The notes under the pieces are model-generated. The model was not told where the DNA came from. It ran no database searches and worked only from the letters and a program-made list of their open reading frames with translations. From Promethearchaeota archaeon (GTDB lineage Archaea; Asgardarchaeota; Lokiarchaeia; Sigyniarchaeales; SOKP01), in NCBI GenBank assembly GCA_004524535.1, contig SDNY01000003.1:1-64000 (forward strand): 64,000 nt of DNA, in the 5' to 3' direction. Numbering within the stretch: position 1 is the first letter of the stretch; every line of letters starts with the position of its first letter. Position numbers and translations under genes: made by a program. Of this stretch, positions 18,582 through 31,277 are shown piece after piece.

Positions 18582-19904
18582 ATGTCATATTTAGAGAAAA
18601 CTCTATATTGGTTTTTAAAAAACCGGATATTTGGTGGAATTAAGAAGTTAACACAAAAGAAATATCTGCCATTTGCTCTAATAATTTTAATCATTATGAC
18701 AGCTAATACAATTCTTGCGCTATTTTATCACTTTAAATTTTTTATTTCTCTGGAATTTGTCCGCTTTATGCTGAATTTAGAATTATTTCTTTCTTTTGGT
18801 ATAATATCATCTGGAATTCTAATCGGAAGGATTAAAAAATTATGGATCTACTATACATTTTCATTTATAGTCATTAGTCTCTTTATTTTTGTATTTTTTT
18901 ATTTCAAATGGGATTATAACCACCTATTTTTTCAATATGCAAAACTGATATATCTTCTATCTTGGATACTAATTTTATCAATTAGCATGTTCTTTTTAAT
19001 ATTATATTTTTTCACTTCATTTCCTAAAAAAGTTATGACGCTTGGAATGCCAAAAGGTCATATTTTTTTCGGATTTATAGTTAAATTGATCATTTATATC
19101 TCCATAGTATTTTACATTTATCTGATTTTTCAAATGGATTTGTTTAGTGTGACCTTCGGCATTTTTGGGATAATAAATGCATTGATTGTACTGATAATGA
19201 TTAGGAGGGCACCCAAGAAAGTTGAGTCAAATCCAGGAATTGTAAATTTTGCAACCGCAATTGGATTTTTTAACATGTTTATGATTTATCACTTGTATTT
19301 TAGTATAACATTGACGAGCGAGTCTTTAGTATCTTTAATTTTTGAAATTTTTATGCTCTTAATAGGAGTATTATACATTGTTCAAATTTTAACAATGAGA
19401 ATTTCAGAATCGCCTGAGCGCCTAATGCCCTTTGAAAATCCCGTGAAGTTTCAATCTCGAGTTTATTTTACTGATAAAATTAAAAAAGCTTTTGGAGAAA
19501 AAGGAGTGGTTTTGATAATCCTTGGAATTGCCGTTGGATATCATATGGTTTATTTAGATTCATTTTTCATAACTGATCTGCCTATTTTAACTAAAATTGC
19601 CCCTAACTTGAAGATAAGTGATTTATATCATAGAATTTTCTTAATCACTTCTTTTATGATAACTCTAATTGCTTGTCTTGTGTTTAAAACATCCAAAAGG
19701 TTCAGAGAATTTATGGTTGACAAATTCACACTTACGCAAGTGCTTAAATATATTGGAAGTTTATTCAAAAGGTCAGAGAATGGGCCATCTCCATTGGAAT
19801 TAGGGATTCAAGCGATGGGAAAGAAATTAGGGGATGGTATAAAAAAATTGGGTGATAAATGGCAAAAAATCGTGAATGGTAAAGATGAAATTGAAGATGA
19901 GTGA
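18582..19904 (+). CDS. Hypothetical polytopic membrane protein
   Basis: 440-aa ORF, about 10 TM segments. Confidence 0.75.
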   Translation: MSYLEKTLYWFLKNRIFGGIKKLTQKKYLPFALIILIIMTANTILALFYHFKFFISLEFVRFMLNLELFLSFGIISSGILIGRIKKLWIYYTFSFIVISLFIFVFFYFKWDYNHLFFQYAKLIYLLSWILILSISMFFLILYFFTSFPKKVMTLGMPKGHIFFGFIVKLIIYISIVFYIYLIFQMDLFSVTFGIFGIINALIVLIMIRRAPKKVESNPGIVNFATAIGFFNMFMIYHLYFSITLTSESLVSLIFEIFMLLIGVLYIVQILTMRISESPERLMPFENPVKFQSRVYFTDKIKKAFGEKGVVLIILGIAVGYHMVYLDSFFITDLPILTKIAPNLKISDLYHRIFLITSFMITLIACLVFKTSKRFREFMVDKFTLTQVLKYIGSLFKRSENGPSPLELGIQAMGKKLGDGIKKLGDKWQKIVNGKDEIEDE

Positions 19905-19927
19905 AGATTAAGTACCAATTTTTTATT

Positions 19928-20548
19928 TTATGCGGAATAAATTTCTCGTAATTTTTTATCTTTTTCTATTTTATCTATGAAAAATTTAATTTGTTCATTA
20001 ACGTTATCAATTTGCGCCTTCCAACCTTTTTCTGTTAACAAACTTCGCATATTCAAATATATTCTAATTACTTTTTCGTATGGAGGATCTAGCTTAAAAT
20101 TTCCTTTCTTAGTCTCAGATTCATATTCTCTTACCATTTTATCAGCATACTCCTCCATATCAACAATTTGCTGTTTAAAATCCTTCTCTTTTTCAGACTC
20201 CTCTATTTTCCTTGCTCTTTCACTTTCTATTCTTTCTTTTTCTTCTTTAGCTTGTTTTTCTTCTAAGATTGCCTGTTCTGCTTTTAATTTGCGTTGTTTT
20301 TCATCACGAGCTTTTTGTTTCTCTAAAGCTTGATTATGATGTATTCGTTCTATTTCCAACTGATCTATTGTTTTTTGGATTGTTTGAATTTGGTCTACCC
20401 AATTAATTTCTCTTAGTAATTCTACTGCTTGATTATATAATCTTAATGCCTCATCGTATTCCTTTACTTTTGCTAATTCAGTACCTTTTCCCATAAATTC
20501 GAAGGCTTGATTTAAAATATCACCTTCGCTATTTTTTCTATTATCCAT
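19928..20548 (-). CDS. Hypothetical helical/coiled-coil protein (TPR/MIT-like N-terminus)
   Basis: YDEALRLYNQAVELLREINW followed by E/K/Q-rich coil. Confidence 0.7.
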   Translation of the reverse strand: MDNRKNSEGDILNQAFEFMGKGTELAKVKEYDEALRLYNQAVELLREINWVDQIQTIQKTIDQLEIERIHHNQALEKQKARDEKQRKLKAEQAILEEKQAKEEKERIESERARKIEESEKEKDFKQQIVDMEEYADKMVREYESETKKGNFKLDPPYEKVIRIYLNMRSLLTEKGWKAQIDNVNEQIKFFIDKIEKDKKLREIYSA

Positions 20549-20739
20549 AAAACATATCCATTCTTAAATATAAATCAATATTATACCAAATTTACTTCGA
20601 TGATATTAGCAAACTGCAAATTTTTATACATCAGTATTTCGAATAATTATTTGTTAAAAATAAACTTTATAAAAAAAAGTACAAATTAAGAATTTCTTTT
20701 TTTAGAATCTTTACCTGGTATCATTCTCTAAATTCACTC

Positions 20740-20865
20740 TCATTCACTCTCTCTTAATGGAGGTATGTTATAATCATTGTAAATCTCTGCTTGAATTTGA
20801 AAGGCTAATCTTTGTAATTTAATGATTTCATGGGAATCTTCTGCAGATATTCTCTTAATTTCCAT
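20740..20865 (-). pseudogene. Truncated GNAT acetyltransferase fragment
   Basis: MEIKRISAEDSHEIIKLQRLAFQIQAEIYNDYNIPPLRESE* resembles a GNAT N-terminus; ends at a 10-nt tandem duplication (GAGAGTGAAT x2) with no C-terminal half. Confidence 0.55.
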
Positions 20866-20887
20866 TATTATTTAACTCTCTTATTTT

Positions 20888-21190
20888 TTACTTGGGTTTA
20901 TATCTGCGGATAGTTGCTACACCAGCATGAACTTCTTCCATTTCTATCTTAATAAAATTCCCGCCTGCAATTGTTAAACTTCCATCAAATACATGTGTCT
21001 TATCATATTGCGAAAATCCATCCTCATCAAAAATGTATCTAAAAGTGGCGATTTGCTTCCCATCGGGGCATTCTTGTATAGTTCGAATATAGAGATCCTC
21101 AATTTCGCAGTGAGGCCTTAGCGGATTTCCCCAACCTGTTTTGGAATGAATTAATTCTAATAGTTTTTCTTTAATTTGACTTTCATTCAT
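20888..21190 (-). CDS. Hypothetical protein
   Basis: 100-aa ATG ORF with FRYIFDEDGFSQYDKTH motif. Confidence 0.65.
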   Translation of the reverse strand: MNESQIKEKLLELIHSKTGWGNPLRPHCEIEDLYIRTIQECPDGKQIATFRYIFDEDGFSQYDKTHVFDGSLTIAGGNFIKIEMEEVHAGVATIRRYKPK

Positions 21191-21269
21191 AGCTCATTAT
21201 AATTTTTGTTGCATTAATTCTACTACTTTTACTTTCCCAATGTTTTAAATTTAATTAAATTATAAATAA

Positions 21270-22403
21270 TTGTTGATTCTCAACAAAAAAATGCGTGGAA
21301 AAATTATTTTAGTGATCCTTATCTTAACAAGTTTAATTTCTTTAGTAGTAATAATCTTTTTTTCAAATCAAATAAGAAATTTAGATATTGAATCACAGTT
21401 CAATGAAAAAAATGCTTATAATAATATTAAGGATCAATTGAATATTGGAGATCGAATACCCGGTACAGAGGAAAGTAATGAAACTGCTTTTTACTTCATA
21501 CAGAGATTTAAAGAAATTGATCCAAATATTATCTACTTTATTCATCATTTTAAGGTAGAATCAACAAATTGTAAAAATGTATTATTCAAAATAAATGAAG
21601 AAAAAGAAAGTATTATAATTATTGGAGCTCATTACGATTCTAGAGCGAAAGCTACTAAAGACAGTGAAAAACCTAAAAAGCCAGTTCCGGGGGCCAATGA
21701 TGGAGCGAGTGGTTGCGCTGTATTAATCGAATTAGCGAAAGTTTTATATCAAGAAAAAGATATTCTAAGTTGTCAATTATGGTTTGTGTTTTTTGATGCA
21801 GAAGATCAAGGTAAAGACGAAGGGGGGTATGGAATGGAGGGATGGGACTGGTGTGAAGGCTCAAATGAGTTTGTTGATGATATTGATAATTTTTATGATT
21901 CTAGTGATGAAAATTTTGAATGTATGATTTTATTAGATATGGTGGGGGGTGATGATCTACAATTTATTAAAGAACAGTATTCTACGTCTTCCTTAATCGA
22001 TGAATTATTTGAGATTGGAAGGCAACTTGGATACACAGATGAATTTCCACTCTTCCCACAATACTCTTCTGTTATTGATGATCATGTTGCATTTTTAGAA
22101 GAAAATATTCCTTCGGCTGATTTGATTATTAATTTTTGGGATAATCCAAATTGGCCTTATCATCATACTATTGATGATGATTTAGATCACATATCAAAAA
22201 AAAGCCTTAAAGTAACTGGAAGAACAATTGAGCAATTTATTTATAATAATTACTTAGACAAATCCAGAAAAATATATAATGGAAACAAACCATGGGATAT
22301 TAATCTGCCTAATGCTGAGATGATTGTTCTTATAGGAGTTATTTTGGCAGGAATTGGGGGGCTTATTGTATTTATTTATTTTTATCGTAGAAAAGAAAAT
22401 TAG
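21270..22403 (+). CDS. M28 family peptidase / glutaminyl-cyclase-like, membrane anchored at both ends
   Basis: GAHYDSR, GANDGASG, FFDAED, LLDMVG, DDH, HHT..DD. Confidence 0.9.
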   Translation: MLILNKKMRGKIILVILILTSLISLVVIIFFSNQIRNLDIESQFNEKNAYNNIKDQLNIGDRIPGTEESNETAFYFIQRFKEIDPNIIYFIHHFKVESTNCKNVLFKINEEKESIIIIGAHYDSRAKATKDSEKPKKPVPGANDGASGCAVLIELAKVLYQEKDILSCQLWFVFFDAEDQGKDEGGYGMEGWDWCEGSNEFVDDIDNFYDSSDENFECMILLDMVGGDDLQFIKEQYSTSSLIDELFEIGRQLGYTDEFPLFPQYSSVIDDHVAFLEENIPSADLIINFWDNPNWPYHHTIDDDLDHISKKSLKVTGRTIEQFIYNNYLDKSRKIYNGNKPWDINLPNAEMIVLIGVILAGIGGLIVFIYFYRRKEN

Positions 22404-22469
22404 ACATCTTTATTACTAAGATTTCTAAAAATTTTCAATAAATATGAATTAAGGGAATAATTCAAAAAT

Positions 22470-23102
22470 TTAAATAAATGAAATATCTTCGTACTCGGAT
22501 TCGGCCAGACTCTTTCTAGCAACGCCCAATTCTCGTACTTCGTGATTCAATTTTAAAACCGCTTCTCTTACGACTCCTTTATTCTTTGCTCCAGTACAAA
22601 CTATTTTTCCTGTAGAAAATATTAAAAAAACTGTTTTTGGCTCTTGCATGCGATAAATTAAACCTGGGAATACTTCCGGCTCATACATGGCATATTCCAT
22701 TACAATCGCTGCCATATTTAAATCAATATTAATGTGTAAATCTCCGCTTGCAACTATATTCTGAATTGTAATTTTTGGATTAGTTACTTCAATTCCAGCT
22801 TTTTTAATTTTTTTTACAACTTCTTTTACTCCTGGACCTGCCTCATCCGCTCTTCGAAGTCCTGTGACAACCATTTTTCCCGTAGAGAAGATAAGAAATG
22901 TTGCTCTAGGTTCTTTAATTCTCATAACGAGCCCTGGAAACCTTTCAGGATTATATTCTACATCTTCATATTTGCGGGCAATTTGAGTCAGATCTATCTT
23001 CTCTCTAATTTCCACTTCAACTGTGCCAACAACGTTTTCGATCTTATAATCTAATTCTGCTTCAAAATCGTGTTCTTCAATTTTATTGTTTTCTTCTGAC
23101 AT
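22470..23102 (-). CDS. tbp: TATA-box-binding protein
   Basis: Two repeats YNPERFPGL / YEPEVFPGL and LIFSTGK. Confidence 0.98.
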   Translation of the reverse strand: MSEENNKIEEHDFEAELDYKIENVVGTVEVEIREKIDLTQIARKYEDVEYNPERFPGLVMRIKEPRATFLIFSTGKMVVTGLRRADEAGPGVKEVVKKIKKAGIEVTNPKITIQNIVASGDLHINIDLNMAAIVMEYAMYEPEVFPGLIYRMQEPKTVFLIFSTGKIVCTGAKNKGVVREAVLKLNHEVRELGVARKSLAESEYEDISFI

Positions 23103-23186
23103 AATATGACTCCTAATATGAATGCCTTTTATATCAATATTTTGTTTTTAAGGATATTTTATTGAGATAAAAAAGAAATGAGTTAT

Positions 23187-23211
23187 TTTATAATTCTAAG
23201 AAATTTTTCAA
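23187..23211. repeat. Intergenic repeat TTTATAATTCTAAGAAATTTTTCAA
   Basis: Identical 25-mer at 34217-34241; related copies at 36673, 45455 and 63710. Confidence 0.7.
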
Positions 23212-23370
23212 GATGTATTAGATCTAAGACTAGATTAATTAATTTCCTCAATATCTGGAGGTATTGAATAATCACTATTAATCTCTGCTTACAATGCTAA
23301 TTTCTGAGGTTCCAGTATTTTTCCTATATCCTCCTTATTTGCATATTCAATTAACATTTTACTCTCACTT

Positions 23371-23853
23371 TTACTCTTTTTTTTTGGGGCGAATTAAAAT
23401 AATATGAATTGTCACAGCTATAGCAATGATGATTAGAACATATCTAACCCATATAATTTGAATAAAAATAAACGATGTTAAAAGAATTGTTATCCATAAC
23501 ATAGAAATCGTAAAAATTTTGACTTTTATAGGCATTCCTTTTCCTTCTCTAAAGTTTCTAATATATGAGCCAAGAATCCTATTGTTTAATAACCAATTAT
23601 AAAATCTTTTAGAACTTCTAGAAAAGCATCCTGCTGCAAGTAAAAGAAAAGGGGTAGTGGGTAAAATAGGTAAAATTATTCCTATAATTCCTAAACTTAA
23701 ACAAATGATCCCCCCAGTAAAATATAATCCCCTGACATACTTATTGCGTTCTTTCGCATCCTCCTCATTTAAATTTTCAGGCTCGTTATTTTCTAGTTCA
23801 GAGTTACTAGATCCTTCTTCTGGGAGATCAGAGTTTTTCTCGTATTGATCTAT
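23371..23853 (-). CDS. YbaN/DUF454 family membrane protein (absent from ORF track; ATA/ATT start)
   Basis: Reads LGIIGIILPILPTTPFLLLAAGCFSRSSKRFYNWLLNNRILGSYIRNF; in-frame TAG TGA just upstream and no ATG/GTG/TTG before the domain. Confidence 0.85.
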   Translation of the reverse strand: MDQYEKNSDLPEEGSSNSELENNEPENLNEEDAKERNKYVRGLYFTGGIICLSLGIIGIILPILPTTPFLLLAAGCFSRSSKRFYNWLLNNRILGSYIRNFREGKGMPIKVKIFTISMLWITILLTSFIFIQIIWVRYVLIIIAIAVTIHIILIRPKKKE

Positions 23854-24044
23854 AATATTTCACTACTTAAGTGTTCCTAATAAATTGAATTACTTACAAT
23901 TTATATTTTCTTCCTAGTTAATAAAAAAAAATGTAATTTTAAAATGGAATTGTCTACTTTTTTTTTCTATACGCCTGTATTTTTATTTATATCAATATTA
24001 CCAAGTCTGGGGACGCTGCTGATACCAGGGATCCTATTAAGCTA

Positions 24045-26315
<2,271 letters not shown>

Positions 26316-26536
26316 TTAAATTTATAAAGAATCTAAATCAGACTAACACTAAGATTCCTAAATAATAACTATTTTTATTTAGTTACAGTTTTTTAAAAAA
26401 GATTATGTCTTTATTTTATAAATAAAAAAGAAAAATGATTTAACCAGATAATCACTAAAGAATTAGGTCTATAAATATTCACGTTTTAGCAATCTTAAAA
26501 AAAGAGTGTATTAAATAATATTCTTATATTTTTGAT

Positions 26537-27319
26537 TTATAATCTTTTATATCTCTGGCTTGCAATATATGCCGCACCCAACGCACCCACAATTTGAGGA
26601 TCTAAAGACATTTTTAAAAACCTTTCTCCAAGCATTTCTTCTAAATAGCGCACTACACCTATATTCTTCGCAACGCCACCAGATATTGCAATATCTTTCT
26701 TAACTTTTATACGTTTTGTCATAGAAAATACTCGTTCCGCCATAGCTTTATTAATTCCAGCAGCAATATTTGCCTTTTTGAAGCCTGAACTAATATATTG
26801 TAGCACTTCTGCCTGAGCATATATACTACATGTGCTTTTTAGATTTATTGGTGCCTTGCTTTTTAAAGAAATTGTACCTAATTCTGTTAACGAGAGATGT
26901 AATAAATCTGCCATTATTTCAAGATATCTGCCTGTGCCCGCTGAACACTTCTCATTCATTCCAAAATCAATCAGCTTTCCAGTACGATCAATTGAGATAA
27001 CCTTACAATCTTGACCTCCTATATCAATAATAGTACGAACACTTGGAAGTAAAAAATGTGCCCCAATCCCATGACAAGTAATTTCGGTAACACTCTTATT
27101 GGAAAATGGGATATTATCTCTCCCATAGCCTGTGCTAACAATAAAATTTACATCCTCCTTATTTATATTTGTTTCGGACAACACTATTTCAAAAACACTT
27201 TCAGCTGTCTCTATCGGAGTTTTTTTTACTCGAATTACCTTAAATCCTACTATTTCATTATCCTTCAATAATAAAGCTTTTCCAGTTAAGGATCCAATAT
27301 CTATTCCAGCAAAGACCAT
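26537..27319 (-). CDS. 2-hydroxyacyl-CoA dehydratase activase (HgdC/BadF-type ASKHA ATPase)
   Basis: GIDIGSLTGK, STGYGR, DIGGQDCK, MNEKCSAGTG, STCSIYA. Confidence 0.92.
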   Translation of the reverse strand: MVFAGIDIGSLTGKALLLKDNEIVGFKVIRVKKTPIETAESVFEIVLSETNINKEDVNFIVSTGYGRDNIPFSNKSVTEITCHGIGAHFLLPSVRTIIDIGGQDCKVISIDRTGKLIDFGMNEKCSAGTGRYLEIMADLLHLSLTELGTISLKSKAPINLKSTCSIYAQAEVLQYISSGFKKANIAAGINKAMAERVFSMTKRIKVKKDIAISGGVAKNIGVVRYLEEMLGERFLKMSLDPQIVGALGAAYIASQRYKRL

Positions 27320-27386
27320 TTTTATATACCCATATTTTGTAGTTAAAAAAATATTTTTTCATAACTAAATTGAAAATCCAATTAAT

Positions 27387-28184
27387 TCATCCACCTCTTT
27401 CTTTTGCTGCAATTGCTGCTCCATAAGCAGTTATATATTCAGGGTCAAGAGGTAATTTTATTAACTCAAAATTCAGTCTCTCTTCGAGGTTTTGAACTAT
27501 TTTTTGGTTCTTAGCCACACCACCCGTAAAGGCAACATTCTTAAACTCCTTATCAATCATCTTGATTAAAGGATAAGCCCTCGCTGCCACAGAATTACAT
27601 ACCCCTGCCACTAAATCAGGCAGATACGCCCCTTCATTTTTATATGAAATAACTTCTGACTCCGCAAAAATACTACATTGACTGGATATTGAAATTGGAT
27701 TTTTCGCTTTTAAAGCTACATCTGCTAGCTCAGAAACGTCCAATTCTAATCCTTCGCCTACTAATTCTAATAATATCCCCGATCCAGCGGCACATTTATT
27801 ATTCATCATAAAATCTACTATTTTTCCATTTTCATCCATTTTTAATGCTTTCATGCTAAAGCTACCTATATCCACAGCGACTCTTACCTGAGGATTTAGA
27901 CTATAAACGCCTTTCCCTATACATGTAATTTCAGATTCTTTTTCTTTTATGGAAATTTTATCAGAATTCAAACCAGTAGCTAATGCGGTTTTTTTTAATA
28001 ATTTCAGTTTAATCTTTAACTTTTTAGATAATTCTTTCAAACATAGATTAATGGCTTTTTCTGGATTACCCAAAACTAATATTTTAGTTTTTCCCAATAT
28101 TTTCTCTCCATTAGAATCTACTATAACAACTTTACAAACTGTAGATCCGACATCTATCCCAACAAAATAGTTTTTATTAACCAA
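27387..28184 (-). CDS. 2-hydroxyacyl-CoA dehydratase activase (second paralog)
   Basis: GIDVGSTVCK, MNNKCAAGSG, QCSIFAESEVIS, TGGVAKN. Confidence 0.9.
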   Translation of the reverse strand: MVNKNYFVGIDVGSTVCKVVIVDSNGEKILGKTKILVLGNPEKAINLCLKELSKKLKIKLKLLKKTALATGLNSDKISIKEKESEITCIGKGVYSLNPQVRVAVDIGSFSMKALKMDENGKIVDFMMNNKCAAGSGILLELVGEGLELDVSELADVALKAKNPISISSQCSIFAESEVISYKNEGAYLPDLVAGVCNSVAARAYPLIKMIDKEFKNVAFTGGVAKNQKIVQNLEERLNFELIKLPLDPEYITAYGAAIAAKERGG

Positions 28185-28264
28185 TTCTTATTTCAGTCAA
28201 TAGTTTTTAATTGTAATTCTAATCTTAAAAATAAAATGAAGTGAAATAAATAATATTTATTAAA

Positions 28265-29557
28265 TTACATTAGAGTTTTCACAAAATTGCTAATTTCCTT
28301 CTTAATTGTTTGAATTGACATATATCTTGCATCTCCTATATCCAAATCAATACTTAACAAAGGTATACCGAGCTCATCTCTTAGAGCTTCTCTTAATAAT
28401 TGAATAACGCTAACACTTTGTTTGCATCCGATATGAGCCGTAAAAATTGCACAATCAGCTTTATATTCCTTTGAAAGGAAAACAAAATCATCAAGTAAAT
28501 CATCAGAAAAAGTCGCACTCTGACGTACCATAGGATAATTCATAGATTGCTTAGCTAATCCTTGGAATATTTTATCTACTCCTTTAGATGTATCGACTGG
28601 ATCAAAAAAAAGATAATTAAAAATATCAAATAACATTGTCATGCCCAATTGACGATCCAACCACTCACAAAAGCCAATATCAAAAAATATGGACATATAT
28701 GGCCATACTGTACGTATCTTTTCTTCTCCTTCATGTGCGCGTTCACCATTTTTTACTCTTTTTTTGGCAATTTCTAACACTTCCTTAAAGAATAAAACAC
28801 GCTCTACTTGCCCAGGAATAAATGCCAAAACAGCAGTCATTAATGGACATAGCATTGATTCGATAGGATTTGGAACTGCCTTTTTTAATTCGTTTATTTC
28901 GGTAATATATTTCAAAGCCTCATTATTCAAATCAACAGCTTTACGTAATTTCTCATAATCTGGTTCTTGACCTATTTTTTTTCCAATTTCCTCAATTGTT
29001 ATTTTTAATTCTTTTCCATAATACTTATAGCTTCTATCATCACGATAATAAGGCATATCAGCTAAAATGAAGGGGATGTCTTTATTATAAAATTCTTTTA
29101 TAATAGGATAACTCGCAACTGTATTATCACATGGACTCGTTGGACTACTAATGATATCAAAATGAAATAAACCATCCATTGTCATACCCATTGTACCCTT
29201 CTGAGAGGTGCATGTATGATATGGATGACCAAAGCTATCAGCAATATCATAAAAGCTTTCTGCCCCTTCTGGTAATAAAGCCGAAAGAATATAAGGAATA
29301 CCCTCAACAACTACAGGTACAAATTCGAAACAATGAAATATTTCTGTAGGAAACGCAAAATGATGTGCTATTATTGGATAACCTTGTTCTGCATCGTCAA
29401 TATATTTTTTTACTGCTGTTGTTATATGTTTTAAAAAAGATTTTAAGACAAGTAACTCTCCACTTGCCATTCCACCCTCAACAAGTTCTTTTGTTGTACA
29501 GAGTGCCTCATACAACATTTCATATGGGATAATTTTATTAGTCGGCATAAAAATCAC
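28265..29557 (-). CDS. 2-hydroxyacyl-CoA dehydratase / benzoyl-CoA reductase family subunit (alpha-like)
   Basis: TCTSQKG, SPCD, HIGCKQ Fe-S ligands; DLDIGDAR. Confidence 0.85.
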   Translation of the reverse strand: MIFMPTNKIIPYEMLYEALCTTKELVEGGMASGELLVLKSFLKHITTAVKKYIDDAEQGYPIIAHHFAFPTEIFHCFEFVPVVVEGIPYILSALLPEGAESFYDIADSFGHPYHTCTSQKGTMGMTMDGLFHFDIISSPTSPCDNTVASYPIIKEFYNKDIPFILADMPYYRDDRSYKYYGKELKITIEEIGKKIGQEPDYEKLRKAVDLNNEALKYITEINELKKAVPNPIESMLCPLMTAVLAFIPGQVERVLFFKEVLEIAKKRVKNGERAHEGEEKIRTVWPYMSIFFDIGFCEWLDRQLGMTMLFDIFNYLFFDPVDTSKGVDKIFQGLAKQSMNYPMVRQSATFSDDLLDDFVFLSKEYKADCAIFTAHIGCKQSVSVIQLLREALRDELGIPLLSIDLDIGDARYMSIQTIKKEISNFVKTLM

Positions 29558-29567
29558 ATTCTTTAAA

Positions 29568-30707
29568 TTATTCTATTTGTTCAATAAACGCTTCACATCG
29601 CGTTTTAAAACGCCCTTTATCTCCTAAAAAGTAATCTCTATCTAAGGATAACATAGGCACATTAATTTTTTCAAGTTCATGCTCATACATCATACATTCG
29701 CATCCATTAAGGTCACAAAACTCAATTCGAGTTCCAATAACACCGTCTATTTTACTTACTTTTATCTGTTCTTGTAAAAATTTATACCTTCTATCATGGT
29801 CATCCATCATTCGAGGGCAGGAAAGTTTATAATAATATTTCTTTGTTATAGCATCAAGAGGATTCCCAGTTTCTTCGGTTAAATCCCAAAAATTTCTTAG
29901 TCCAAAACATAATAGATCCGAAACCACCAGTCCTCCAACATCTTCAATTATTTTAATAAATTCCGGATCATCTATTATACTTCCTGTTAGTAAAATCCTC
30001 GCACGATAATCTGAGATACCATCCTTGTTTTTTAATTGAGCTAAATATGATTTTAACTCCTGATTAACAATCTCCTTTGGAATTGAACTATAAGCAATGT
30101 TAATTTTTACAAAATCTTCACCATTTAATTTTGGCTTTTCTAAGGCTCGTAATTGTTGGATTTCCTTTAAAATTCTTCTCCCTTCGTTTAAAACCTTAAT
30201 AGAATTGTTTAAATCTTCATTTGTTATCTTTATTTTAAAATATTTTTCTAAATCTGATTTAAAAAATTCAAATTCCTCCTTTAACCAAGAAAAACCACGG
30301 TCTGTTAGAATATGTGGCACAGATAAAAAATATAATGGAAAATTATTGTCAATACCATCAATTTGGCCGATAATTTTGTGCTTCCATATATCGAACATTC
30401 TCCGAGCGTGGTCACAACTGTTCATACATATTAACCCGTCAAGAAAATTATACTTTCCTTCCATAGCTAAATCTAAAGTTGCTCTAACAAATGAACAATT
30501 AAATTTTGATAAAATTGTATCAGCACGCGAAGTCCCTTCTGCTTCTGTCCCCCTCATTCTATAACCCATTAATCCTCCCGCATGAATAATTTCTTCAGGC
30601 ACGTATGTACAATAATAACCTAAAATCTTTTTATTCTGTTTTTTCCATTCCTCTATATATGGATTGGAAAGGGTTTCTGTACTTTTAAATAAATTTTCAA
30701 TCGTCAT
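29568..30707 (-). CDS. 2-hydroxyacyl-CoA dehydratase family subunit (beta-like)
   Basis: GYYCTYVPEEIIHAGG, NCSFVR, NSCDHARR, LCFGLR, CPRMM, FCD; ATG at 30707 directly follows the upstream stop. Confidence 0.9.
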   Translation of the reverse strand: MTIENLFKSTETLSNPYIEEWKKQNKKILGYYCTYVPEEIIHAGGLMGYRMRGTEAEGTSRADTILSKFNCSFVRATLDLAMEGKYNFLDGLICMNSCDHARRMFDIWKHKIIGQIDGIDNNFPLYFLSVPHILTDRGFSWLKEEFEFFKSDLEKYFKIKITNEDLNNSIKVLNEGRRILKEIQQLRALEKPKLNGEDFVKINIAYSSIPKEIVNQELKSYLAQLKNKDGISDYRARILLTGSIIDDPEFIKIIEDVGGLVVSDLLCFGLRNFWDLTEETGNPLDAITKKYYYKLSCPRMMDDHDRRYKFLQEQIKVSKIDGVIGTRIEFCDLNGCECMMYEHELEKINVPMLSLDRDYFLGDKGRFKTRCEAFIEQIE

Positions 30708-30708
30708 T

Positions 30709-31173
30709 TTATTCCTTTTTGAAACTTGGATGAGTTCCAATTGAGAGTAATTTAATTATCTTAATTGCGGCTCCTAAAGAACCCTTGATTTTAATCTTAT
30801 GTTTAAGCACATGTCCAAATATCACTTTCATTAATCCAGAAAGATTATTTTTCATTCTCATCATTTTAATAATGTCAGGAATTAGGTTTTCTTTCTCTGA
30901 AGTTAAAATAACAGTTGCAACTGAGTTGTCAGAGGGCCCCATATGAGGAATAAGACGACTCTTTGAAAGAGTTAAAGTTATATATGTATCAAGAGCTTCA
31001 AAATATAATTCTACTTCTTGACCTTCTCTTTTTCCCACTTTATCTAATGATTTAATATCTAAACCAAAAATATCTACACTCATTTGAAAAAGTCTTCCTA
31101 TAGTAGCTGCTATTGTCTGATTTCTTAATTTTTGTGCTCGTTCTGCTCGTGTCAATTTTAAAATGTTAATCAA
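30709..31173 (-). CDS. Hypothetical protein, possibly SCP2/sterol-carrier-like
   Basis: KHKIKIKGSLGAAIKI resembles the SCP2 C-terminal motif; same orientation as and adjacent to the dehydratase genes. Confidence 0.55.
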   Translation of the reverse strand: MINILKLTRAERAQKLRNQTIAATIGRLFQMSVDIFGLDIKSLDKVGKREGQEVELYFEALDTYITLTLSKSRLIPHMGPSDNSVATVILTSEKENLIPDIIKMMRMKNNLSGLMKVIFGHVLKHKIKIKGSLGAAIKIIKLLSIGTHPSFKKE

Positions 31174-31277
31174 CTATTATAGTATTTATAATAATAATTA
31201 TTTGAATTATAATCAATAAAATCTTTGTTTTGATGATAAATAAATATTAATTTACCTTCTTTTTTCAATGATCAATT

